DNA of 62,585 bases, filler included, from Circinaria calcarea (lineage: Eukaryota): NCBI GenBank assembly GCA_051942165.1. It is 15 parts of 15 records of this genome, joined end to end, with 100 filler letters (N's around TTAATTAATTAA, not from the genome) between each part and the next. Parts side by side here need not be neighbours in the genome. Positions count along the whole stretch, not along the records: positions 12,600 to 16,692 come from JAVECS010002478.1; positions 16,793 to 20,884 come from JAVECS010002479.1; positions 20,985 to 25,076 come from JAVECS010002480.1; 12 more parts are not named here. One strand, 5' to 3'. Each line of letters opens with the position of its first letter. Within the stretch, counting starts at the first letter, position 1. The notes below the pieces were generated by a model, which ran no database searches, was not told the DNA's origin, and worked only from the letters and a program-made list of their open reading frames with translations. Of the stretch, positions 13,519 to 24,896 are shown in pieces. Made by a program: the position numbers and the translations under genes.

Positions 13519-14906
13519 TTACGGCTTATGGCATGCTCCTACAGACTGGCGGTTTTCAACCGCCTTCCACGTACACGAATCAAGTTCGATTACTTCTCCC
13601 CTCCACGGCTCCGTTTGCTGGAAAATGGTGATATTAGCGTGCTGGGGTAGAGCGTTCCAACCTGTAGCTGTAAATTAGCGATATCATCCAGAAAGGTGGT
13701 GACTGCTACACCCACAACCTACCAGTCAACTTATCACGTTTCTGCAATCGCCTACCGATCCGCTGGGGAGCTGCCGAGGGCCAATGGTAGGCCCGACCTC
13801 CTTGGGGACGTCCAAATGGAGCCTGTATGCACATGGCCGTCAGTGCAGCTACAGCGGTTCGAACCTGGTTCCAGCTGAGTACGAGACCGATCGAAGCGGA
13901 AACGGCAAGGTAGCAAGTGTTAGAGTGAAGAAACAAGGTATTTCCCGGCCCGACAGTGAGCGTGTCCGAGGAGGGATTCAATTGATTCCACTCAATCTGC
14001 GTGCAATCGACCTGACTCGGGCTGCCCAAGTTCGCATCGCATTCATATTTCATCTGTTTATGCAAGGCAGCATTTTTATCCAAGTCCCACCACGGCACTG
14101 TATTGCCTCTTCCCATCCGATTTGCCTGTTCTATCCATGTTTTCTGATCTGCTTCGCTTCTTAGTGCTGCTGGTGAGTTATGGGTGTTTTTGTTCCGATT
14201 CGTTAAAAGGTTGTGACTCGCAATGGCCAGCGGCACCGAGGGATCGAAATCACCCGGCTGGTAGCCGGAGGCTCTCGTATCGGATATTGTCAGAGTGACA
14301 AAATGTGTATTCGAAGCTGCGATGAACAAATCGTACATGAGCGTCCCTCTCTATGTTGCAAGGGCCACGAGAGAGAAGCTTACGGTAGGGGTTGGTAAAT
14401 ACCACTGCAGGATTCATGGTGTATGCAATCAAACTTCTTATTCCATTCGTGACAAAGCCTCCTAGACCGTTTCCTCTGACTACGCACTGGTTTATAACCC
14501 ACTGAACCATTTCGGCGGTACCCACCCTGCTTATACTGATCGACGGCGCCGAAGGACCGGCCACCTCTATTGTAATATGGCATCCACCTAAGATTATTCT
14601 CAACTCATGTGCCTATCTGAGTATGAGTAGTCAATGGAATTGCTCCTTACCAGAAGAGGAGGTTACTGGAAGAGTAAGAGGAGGTGGGTTTGAAGCTGCG
14701 TAGGAGGCTGTAGGTTGAAGGTTGGCGACAAGGTTGATTCCGGCATTCCTGCAACTTGCTATGTAGAGATTTTCCCCGTAGTGTTTATCGCAAATGTGAT
14801 AGTCAGGGTACGCGGGAGAGGTCAGAGGCCTACGGAATATCAAGTCCGCCGTGACTACATACGATAACGGTGCGTTATTCAAGACTGCAGGTGGTAAGTT
14901 CGCCAT
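13519..14906 (-). CDS. Cysteine-patterned hypothetical protein with two KP4/Ecp2-like modules (4 exons)
   Basis: Spliced frame MANLPP...ICDKHYG...GCHITIEV...WVINQCV..GLGGFVT...YECDANLGSPSQVDC...TCYLAVS...MCIQ...GGRAY...SCTWKAV...C. Last intron 13722-13662; stop TAA 13521-13519. Confidence 0.7.
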
Positions 14907-15693
14907 ATCTTTTTGCTACCAACAGGTGTGGAGATGTTTCCGGAACAGTAAACCGCCACAAATCATGGAGAGGAGAAAGATAGACTCAAGTCATGATGAA
15001 CGAAACCCCACGTGAATGGTGCAGGTCCTTACCAAATGCGCCTCGATAGCCTTTTTTGGGCAAAGACATGGAACTGACGCATATTTGTGTACAAGACTGA
15101 AAGATCTTGCCGCTCCATGCGCTGAACAAGATCCCATTTCATGACATAGTTTGAATTAAGATGAAACTCTCCGAGACTCCCTTTGCTCTCCTTACACATC
15201 CAATAAGAGGTTTTGTTGGAAACGTTCAACCTCGTTCAAGAACTAGAAACATTGCCCATCGGATAATACATACAGAAGCCAGATTCTATGCGCAAGATGG
15301 TAACTGTACTTGATTACTCATGTTAACGCATAATCTTCCTCGACATTCAAACAAGAAAGACAGCAGCATAGTGCAAGGAGCCACACTCCAAGCAAATATA
15401 ATGGCCTAGATGGAGTTCTGAGAATTCGCCAGACCTTGTGGTGTATGGATGAAGCGGCTTTCGCTTCTTATTGAATACACTTTAAAATGACGTACTTGGA
15501 GTTTCCGGTATACGTGGATAAATCTCGATTTTTTAATTCTACGATCCTATTTACCGGTATGTACTTTATATATATCTACCGCAATGTGTCGACAAGGATA
15601 ACGGCTCATTTCGCAGTCAAGTCACCCCTACAATTAAAAGACAACTCACTTCAATCTATCCAGCCACATAATCTATTTGTTGGTATTGTTTCT

Positions 15694-16692
15694 TCAAGGA
15701 GCCTTGGACGATGTTGCTGGTTTGGTCGATTTGGTCGGTGGTACCAGTAAGTTTAACTTCGTGGAAGATGTCAACAGCGTCGACGGTATTGGCGATGAGG
15801 ATTGGCTTGACGAGGACTGAGTTATCGTCGGTGTACCTGGGCCTATGGTCGCACATGTACCTGGTAGATCGCGAGTATTCTTGAAGCCATCCACAACTCG
15901 GCTGGATCCACTGCCAATTGAAACTTCAAACTTGGTAGTCTGACCCTGAGCGGGATCCAATGCGTAGGTAGCCACATAGAGATTATAAGGACCCACAGTA
16001 GATTGTTGCGTCATTGCCACGGACGCCGTCTGCAAGGCTGGAACAATGATACCACTCCTTGGGACCTTCAAAGTTAAGACCAGGTTTACCGACGGGGCAG
16101 ACAGCGTATTACGGACCTAGACACTTGTCAGTACGACGACTTCAGGAGAGAACCGGCGCTCGTTGGCCAGGTATCTGTGGTACAATCCCTGCCCCTACAT
16201 GCGAGCTCTTTTAACATCATAATCTAGGGAGAGCACTCACTGCAGCAACAATCGTTAAACTGTTCTTTCCACTTGCATCGGCTGTTGGGCTTAAGCAGCT
16301 CTGAGGAGATTGTAGCATGATTGTATCCTGGATAGGAAATCCAGCACCATTGTTATCGTACAATTCAGTAGCTCCGCCTGCAAGGGTGATAAGCACGTTG
16401 AAGGCCGAAATCGAAGAGCTAGACGGCAGGGAAGACGAAAACCCATAAAACTATCGAATTTGTCAGCAACAAACTTGTTAAACTTGTATTAAATTGTCAA
16501 CATGATTGTTAAAAAGTCCTCACCGTAAAGCTATCGTCAAATCCTGCAGCGACCCCTTTCTGGCTAGTGCTGATGCTACAACTGCCACAACCATTGCTAC
16601 CACTGCGGTCTTTGTACACGAGCTGAACACTGGCGATTTGGCTAGCCGCGCGGACGGTGGTCCTAACGCGAATCTCACCCGTGAACAGGATC
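15694..16692 (-). CDS. C-terminal region of a fungal heme-peroxidase/WSC-family secreted protein (5' truncated)
   Basis: Spliced: TGEIRVRTT...VQLVYKDRSG..CGSC...GFDDSFT|FYGFS...YDNNGAGFPIQD...PQSCL...LTIVAA|VRN...FKNT. I recall this as the post-peroxidase domain of the family. Ends in a Ser/Thr tail. Confidence 0.7.
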
Positions 16693-16792
16693 NNNNNNNN
16701 NNNNNNNNNNNNNNNNNNNNNNNNNNNNNNNNNNNNTTAATTAATTAANNNNNNNNNNNNNNNNNNNNNNNNNNNNNNNNNNNNNNNNNNNN

Positions 16793-18534
16793 TACTTCAG
16801 CTCCCCTCTCAGGCAGTTTCCAGGTCCATTCCTTGCCAAATTCACCAACCTCTGGCGCTTCTTCGATGTATGGGGAGGCCGGGCGGAGCTCACACATCAG
16901 TTTCTCCACCGACGACATGGCCCCGTGGTCCGCCTGGGGCCTAACTTAATCAGTCTCAGTGACCCGGGGCTGATTCGCACCGTCTACTCTACCAAGGGCA
17001 ACTTCGTCAAGGTCTGTTCTCTTGCCCCAAACCGTCAGAGGACATGGAGGCCACTAACAAAGAGATGCAGACCGATTTCTACAGTGTCAACGATGTAAAG
17101 ATGGGACCAAATACGATTTCCAACATTTTTGCTACTCGGAGCAACGAGTTCCATGCCGCGCAAGTGCGGCCAATCCAGCAGTTCTACACTATGAATGGCG
17201 TCAAGGAGTTTGAGCCTCTGGTTGACAACACAATCTCCGTTCTCCTCGGTAAGATTGACGAGCAGTTTGCGAATTCCGGGAAAACACTGAGCCTAGACTT
17301 TTGGCTGCTATACTGTAATGGCCCTTCCTAAGACCCATCTTCGAATTCTGACTAAGGATTCCATAGTCACTTGGGATGTCGTCGGCGAGATCACATATAG
17401 CCAAACTTTGGGATTTCTGGAGAATGCTGCAGATGTGGATGATATCCTCTCGACCTCCAGCAAAACCCTCGACTACTTTGCTGCGGTAAGTCAAGCTAGA
17501 AGGTATCCCATTACCTTATGTTATACAGGTGCATTGATCCATTGGTATAGATATCCCAGATTCCTCTTTTAGACTCTTTTCTTGACAAGAATCCCGTGTA
17601 CCGTATTGGACCCCCGTCCCTCGGACCCATCGTGAATTGGATCATTCAACGACTCGTAGCGCGCAGCCAAGGAACCGATAAACGTACAGATAACCAGCGA
17701 GACTACATGGATCTTTTTATCGAGTTGAAGAACAACATCGACTGGGTGGATGATAACCAGATCACCTCCTGGCTGATGATAAATGCAAGTCGTTTCAGGC
17801 TCGAGTCCGGAAAGAGGACACTTACAGTGTTCTAGATACTGGCAGGTTCCGACACAACGGCCCTCACCCTCCGAGCCATTCTTTACTACACCCTCAAAAA
17901 TCCCCAGGTTCAACGGAGGCTGTGCAACGATTTAGCTATTGCCAAACTCACCCTGCCAATCAGCTACGACTCCACACAAAAGCTCCCTTACCTAGACGCC
18001 GTCATTCGAGAGTCCATGCGTATGCATCCAAGCGTTGGCCTCCCACTCGAGAGGACTGTTCCTCCAGAGGGCCTAAAGCTCCCCGATGGCCGTTTCATCC
18101 CTGCCGGCACCGCCGTGGGTATGAACGCTTGGGTCATTCACCAGAACAAAGAGGTCTTTGGGGAAAACGCCGAGTCCTTCGTGCCGGAACGATGGCTTCA
18201 GTATGAGCACGAATCGGAGACGTCGTTCCAGGCGCGACGCAGCCGTATGCGCGAAGCAGACTTGACATTCGGTGCTGGGAATCGGGTTTGTTTGGGTAAG
18301 AACATTGCCCTGTTACAACTCTACAAGGTTGTCGCAACGCTCTTTATACACTATGATGTGAGTTTAGACCAAGTATCCTTCTTTAGAATCCTATATTAAC
18401 CCCTTTCGTTCGGGTAGATGGAACTTGCGGATCCGGTCAAGGAATGGCATGTGCAAAACTCCTGGTTCGTAAGGCAGACCGGGGTGGATATCATCATAGC
18501 CAAAAACCTCCTAAGCCGGAGGTCGTCTCAGTGA
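16793..18534 (+). CDS. Cytochrome P450 (pisatin demethylase / benzoate hydroxylase-like clan), 5' truncated
   Basis: Motifs FPGPFLA, HGPVVRLGPN, ILAGSDTT (I-helix), ESMR (ExxR), FVPERW and FGAGNRVCLG (heme). Five introns; stop TGA 18532-18534. Confidence 0.95.
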
Positions 18535-19027
18535 TGGCCTAGAGACGGTCTCGCGTGGAGCTTTCAGGGTTTATATCCATGCATGTACTGCGTGAAAATG
18601 GACATGTCGAGGGATTTTTTCCGCCAAAAGCAACTTGGCTGATTACGCACAAAAAAGCAGCTGCTCATAAACAAACAGATCTTCCTTTATCCTATAGCGT
18701 GGCCTTCTTTGCAAAGAGTGACTTGACCGTAAACCCAAAAGAGCAGCGGATTCTCACATGGAAGGAACCCCCCTTGTATCTTTATGATGCGTTTCGGCAC
18801 ACATGGCTCGCCCCGGGTGTAGAATACTCCAAACCACGCCAAACGAATCATAATACCCACGTCCCTCTATTATAATATATAAACCAAGAATCCATTCGTT
18901 GCTCACTAAATGAAAATGCCCCCTTTAGCGCCTTGCTACCATGTCATGCCAACTACAAATTTCCCCTCCACCTTCGCCCGTCGTCAAGACTCAATTTTCG
19001 CCCGTTAGCAGCAAGCAAATGCTAAGC

Positions 19028-19062
19028 CTACATGCTACATGCTACATGCTACATGCTACATA
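19028..19062 (+). repeat. Heptamer microsatellite (CTACATG)5
   Basis: Seen directly; last unit imperfect. Confidence 0.85.
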
Positions 19063-19710
19063 CTAACAGGGAAAGGGAACGGAAAGAAAAGAAAAGAAAT
19101 TAACTTGGGGGGGGGGATTGGAACCCAATAGAGATGATGACATGTACTTTAGTCCGGTATTTTCCACAAGATGTCCGTCCTCATGTAACCCACCTCTAAA
19201 GCTAACATCTGATGGGCACTATGCAACGCTGGTAATGATTTATGATTGGCATATAAAGTTTTGGAGATCTCCGGAAGCTGTCTAGGTATGGCGTGTTGTA
19301 GTAAGGTATTCGTTTTGTGGGAGGTTTGGTAGAACCATTCTCTAATAATCTTCAAGCCTATACATTGTCTTTTCTCCCTGCTTTCTCATATATATGACTC
19401 GATTTTCAAACTGTTCATTCCATATACACAAGATTTTGCTTCCATCTACACTTTTCAAAGGTTTCTGCATACGCTATCCTTATTGAAATCTTCCCCGTTC
19501 AAATCTAAACCCAAGTCGATATCCGATTTATATTCCAACTGCACCCAATGGCAGGTTTATAAAGCCTCAGCATTCCTCTCTCAGGAATAGACTCTATCAT
19601 ACATCCTCTCAACTTCTCCAATTCTAGTCACCATATACAAAAAGACCTACAGCAACCAAGTCCTTCATCATCCTTGCCCCAACTTACCTACACTCCCTAC
19701 AACAACAACC

Positions 19711-20001
19711 ATGTCTCTCATAAACCCGTCCTCCACCGCCCCTCTCATTCCAGCAACCACCCACTCAACCTCCTCCTCCCCCGACTTCACATACGCCATC
19801 GTCATTCCCGGCGTGCTAATCTTCCTCGTTGGCGGCCTCATCGCTAGTTGGTATCATTGCCGGCGGCGCAACCCTCAGCAATCCAGGGAGTGGATCGGGA
19901 ACGAGTTGATGGAAAGCGGATTGGGGGCGAGGGAAAGAAGATTGAGGCCGAGGGAAAGAAGATTAGGTCGGAAGGGAGAGGTGAGGGTATGGTGGATATA
20001 G
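19711..20001 (+). CDS. Small single-pass membrane protein (hypothetical)
   Basis: TATAAA at ~19558, C/A-rich leader, ACCATG start, Ser/Thr-rich N-terminus, hydrophobic helix AIVIPGVLIFLVGGLIASWY followed by CRRR. Confidence 0.5.
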   Translation: MSLINPSSTAPLIPATTHSTSSSPDFTYAIVIPGVLIFLVGGLIASWYHCRRRNPQQSREWIGNELMESGLGARERRLRPRERRLGRKGEVRVWWI

Positions 20002-21324
20002 GGAAGAAGGGGAGGAAGGCGGGGGAGAAGAGGAATATTGTGGGGGAAGGTGAGAGGGGATGATATAGGCGAGGGGTGAAATTGTTGCTTGCGGAAAGAG
20101 AAAAAGAAACCCATAGGGAAGTTTACTTTGGTCAGATGGGGAAGCTTGGTCCCGAGGATATTGCAAGTTCTGTCAATCGAGAAAGAACGGACAAACCTCT
20201 GCGTACCCGACCAGCAACCGTCTCAACGGAGATCAGATACCAAGCAGCCGGCCTCAACTTATGCCACCTTATGAACACTATATCCCACGCCTAATACGAA
20301 GACTTCGTCCTTCACCGTTGGCATGCTGAGCTCAAAACTCACAGCCTTGGCGCAAATCGTTTCCTTCGTTTCAATAACAACCATCGAAGATGCGTGCAAG
20401 AGGACTGCCGGCTATGCAGAAAGAAGTATGGATGGCCGTAAGCGGGGAAAAGAAGCATGCAAGATAACAATAGGGGATAGATACCTAAATATCACCAAAA
20501 GGCAAAGGCTTCAAAGGGACATATATGCTCTAACCCCTGGACTTTAACGAGAGGAACAGCTGTGTTGATAACTCATCAAGGAAGGAGAGAGAGCCTTTAA
20601 GACTGGGGTTTTGGTTGCATCCGCTGTCGCTTGGTACCCCGGTCCTTCTTCTATCCTGCCGCATAGACCAGACAAACGATTTAGATATGGGTCGCTAGCA
20701 GTTAGCTAAATTTATACAAAAATTCCATCCCGGCCCTCATTCCACCCCCAAGAGAAAAAAACCTAACGGTGTCATCTCTCAGCCTTGCGTTATGTTCCCC
20801 CTCCCCCCCTGACTGTGTGAATCACTCGCAACGAACTCCAAACAGTCACGCTCTATTCGATTCACACACCCAATCCCCCCAACCNNNNNNNNNNNNNNNN
20901 NNNNNNNNNNNNNNNNNNNNNNNNNNNNTTAATTAATTAANNNNNNNNNNNNNNNNNNNNNNNNNNNNNNNNNNNNNNNNNNNNAGGTTACTTGAAACTT
21001 GGTTGGGATGAAGGAGGAGGAGGGGAGGGTTGAGGTTGAGGTGGAGATGGGATGGGATGGGAATAGTGATAGGTACCCTTGGAGTATGGTATGGCAAAGT
21101 ATGGCCAGGTAAGGTTAGGTCGATAGATATTATTTTTTGCCATCACGGACGAAACGCAATGAGTGGCACGAGTGAAGATTTTGTAGATTGGAAAGCAAGA
21201 ACGTTTCTTTTTCTCCCCCCACGATTCAAGCCATCTAACCTATTCGAGGTACCCTTTCCCTTTCCCTTTCCCAACTCAACAAACTTCCAGTTGCGTGTGC
21301 AAAAATCTCTCTCGCTTTTCGTGT

Positions 21325-22506
21325 TCACTCTCCCTCCTCTAACCAGGTCCTCTCCTCCCGGGGGGTTCCACCCACCAGCGGTAGTCGACAGCTGCCTATG
21401 CCTGCATCTTGAGATTCAGTGGGAACCTTACAGGACAAGCAGAACCGGAAGTGAGTTCCAGAAACACTTACAGGCGTGGCGTCTTCGGGAAGAGCCTCGG
21501 CGTCACGGTCCACGAGGTAGAAGTCGCAGCAAGTGGACGCGTCTGTGTTTTCTTCCGCGCGGGCTTCGAGGTCACGTTTCCAGCTGTAGCCGACTTTGGT
21601 TTCGGCATCAGAAGCCTATGTATTGTTAGATGAGTATCTGTGGAATGGAAGGATGTCGACTTACCGCGTCAGTCTCGGTGTCGACGCTACGATCCACGAG
21701 GTAGAAGTCACAGCAGGTGGACGCGTCAGTGTTTTCTTCGGCACGAGCCTCAATCTGATGGAGTTAGTCGCACTTCTAGAACAAGGAAGACGAGGGTACT
21801 CACTTCACGTTTCTGTTCGACAGTGTCTATCCAAAAGCAAAGGTTGGTACGTCAGCACGGATACACGATAGAGAATTAAGAGGATGAATAAATGGTGCAA
21901 TGAGAGATCAAAAGAGGACGTGGGGAAGTCAAATGGGCATTTGGCTTTTTCGCCATATTGTCATGTTGAGAAATGCATTATAGCTTTGCTCTTCGACCGT
22001 AAACAATCACCTTGAGAGACTATTGGGGAGAGTGGCTTACCTGCAACAAAGGTTGGGATTGGTTGAATGGTGGGACGGGATAGAGTTGCAGTAGAGATCA
22101 AGGGTGGGTAAGGAAGACCAGGTACGGTTGTGGGAAAGATCTTGAAAGAAAAAGTTCTTGGAATTGCCTTGGAGGAAGTAGTGGCCTTTAGGGTTGTACG
22201 GGTACGAGTGACAGTATAAGTTCGAGAAAGCTTATGGGTGGGCCTTGGATTGATGACTGAAAGAAACCGTTTTTAGTGAGGCTGTCCAATAGCAAGTGGA
22301 CGAAGGGAAACTTACTGTAGCCAGTTGTAGTGTGGGTGGCTTCAGACTTGAAATCTCCATCACGAGCAACAAGACCAGCTGACAGAATATTAATGTCTTA
22401 TTCACTGATCGAGGTAGGAGTGCGGCTCACGGTTGGGTAGGGCAACAGCTGCCACATCCTGGATGATGGCCAAGCCAAAGACGACAAGAGCTGCTTTAAA
22501 CTGCAT
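21325..22506 (-). CDS. Secreted Kex2-processed repeat protein (KEP)-like precursor, 7 coding exons
   Basis: Exons 22506-22431, 22378-22316, 22256-22041, 21826-21804, 21754-21665, 21615-21472, and 21426-21325 (alternative last exon 21395-21339). All are GT-AG and phase-compatible. Signal peptide MQFKAALVVFGLAIIQDVAA; two KR sites; repeat EARAEENTDASTCCDFYLVDR x2; TATAAAA at ~22915-22921. Confidence 0.85.
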
Positions 22507-23853
22507 GTTGAGGGATTGTATCTACGTTTGCACAAGCCTGTGTTAATAATTAGCAGGATGCAGGAGAAACAAGTGGAAGTTGCGGTCATAGTGGGGAAAG
22601 GGTGGATGATTAGAGAAGATGGAGGCCATAGCCTGGTAAGTTGGACCAAGCCTTGCTGATGTATTGGTACACAAGTTAAGGTCACCAAGGGCTGTCGAGG
22701 GAGATGTAGTGTAGAGATTGAAAGGTCAAGTTTGCACAGATGGGTGAAGCTGCTAGATAAAGGCTAGATCGACAGCAGACATAGCTGAAGGGACTTACTT
22801 TGAGAGATATTGATTGCTAGTGGTGACGAGTGCGGATGATCTAGACAAATGTAAGAGAAGGTATTGGTCCAAAGGGGAATATGGATGGGAGGAGAAGGTG
22901 GAGGTAAGGAAACCTTTTATAGCACAGAGGATGAAAAGCCAGTAGCGTCGTAGTCATTTGGAAGTGAAGCATCTCGCGGAGAGTTGATCCATTTGTGCTC
23001 TAGTGCTATAGCATGAGCAGCTTAGGGAGATTTATAGAAGTGAAACATTCTGGATGAAGACTAACGTGTCGGGAATATAGTATATGAAAAGATCAATATG
23101 AAGGAAAAGCCGAGATCTGATTACTCTATCCTCCGCCAAATCTTTGTTGAGACACAGGCCCGGCAGCACATGTCCACAACCATAATGCAATGTCTCAATC
23201 TCCCGAATATGAGAAAGGACCCCCGAAATGACAGCTCAGCTGACAAATGAACGGTAAGAAGATGCGGGTGCACTTGAGTGTCCCCATCATGTCAACCCCG
23301 ATTGCAGTTATCCGTTGCAGAAAGGGAATATGTAAACTGCATAGTGATGTTTGGCCATGGAGCGTGAAGACCTTTTCATATTTGCTCCCAATAGCCGGAT
23401 ACCTTCTCAAACTAGGCTATCGTACCTTTTTTAGGTAAACCAAGTAAACTCCGACCTTCAACGATAGAACGTGAAAACCTCAATCTAGTTGGTATAGGGT
23501 TTACCAATCCTTGAAGGTGAGCGTTATTGCAGTCTCTATGTGAGAGATATATCGGCATCTCGCACGCTTTTGATACGGCAAGTATAAATATAGAAATACT
23601 CCCACTCCCATACAGGTGTTGATATCGATGTTCAACGACACCTCCGTCGAGGTAAAGTATTCCTTCAACTGTTGCTCGAATGTCATGGACCGTGCCACCC
23701 AAGCAGCTGGACTGTGCAAACCCAGTACTAATAAGCGAACCGCTTAAAATAGCAGGACCTGAGCGGCGAATCAGAGTTACTCTATTGATATGGAGTGACG
23801 GCAGTTCATCCAGCTCAAGATATTACCACTGAAAGCTCTCATATCAAAAGAAA

Positions 23854-24896
23854 ATGGCATCCAAGATATTACCTTTCTTTTCAAGGAGTATAGTTCGCAG
23901 ATCAATAGCCATACAACCACCTCAATGCCGTTTCCTCACCTCCACAGCACGTGTTGCAAGTGATGCCCTACAAGTCGTATGGATCAAGACCTACTCTTAT
24001 ACATAAAACGCTTGTACTAACACGAAGACCTAGCACCGAGACACCCCCAATAATAACCCCTCAATACCCTTCCAATTCAATGCCATCAACCAAAAACTCA
24101 TCGCCGAGATCCTCAAACGATATCCCCCCCAATATAAAAGAGCCGCCGTAATGCCCCTTCTTGACCTGGGCCAAAGGCAGCATGGCTTCACAAGCATCAG
24201 TGTCATGAACGAAGTCGCTCGGATACTAGAGATCCCTCCGATGCGCGTCTACGAGGTCGCAACTTTCTACACCATGTACAACCGGGACCCGGTCGGGCGC
24301 TTCCACCTGCAAGTCTGCACAACGGTACAAAATCCCCTTCCCCCCCCTATCTTCTCACCCAATACACATATAACTAACCCGGCAACTCTCGCTCAAAACA
24401 GACCCCCTGCCAACTCGGCGGCTGCGGCTCCGACCTCATCATGCGCGCCATCGAATCCCACCTCGGCGTGCACGCTGGCCAAACCACGCCCGATGGCCTC
24501 TTCACCTTCTCCGAAGTCGAATGCCTCGGCGCCTGCGCCAACGCCCCCATGGTGCAGATCAACGACGACTACTACGAAGACCTGACCCCCGAGTCCACCA
24601 TTACCTTGCTCAAAGCCCTGCAAGCGTCTGCCGAAACCACAGGAGCGGCAGGCGGCACGGCCGGGATAGGAGGGGAGTCGACGATGGGGATGGGGGGTAT
24701 GAAAGGAGAGGAGAGGGGCCAGGGTGACGTACGTGTGCAGGAGAACGCGGGAAGGACGTACAGTGGCAAGGGCGTGACGTTGCCGAGTCCTGGGCCCATG
24801 AGTGGCAGGAAGAGCTGTGAGAATTCGGCTGGGCTGACGAGTTTAACCGAGGAGCCGTGGGGCCCGGAGAAGTTGAGGACGGATGGGGCGTTGTAG
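23854..24896 (+). CDS. nuo-24: NADH:ubiquinone oxidoreductase 24-kDa subunit (NDUFV2), mitochondrial
   Basis: Basic presequence, [51 protein letters not shown] and [11 protein letters not shown] (2Fe-2S ligands); two introns. Confidence 0.97.

Noticed and set aside
21030..21879. Plus-strand ORFs 21030-21629, 21409-21633, 21596-21871 and 21640-21879
   Set aside because: Antisense shadows of the spliced minus-strand KEP-like gene; splice signals and synonymous variation support the minus strand.
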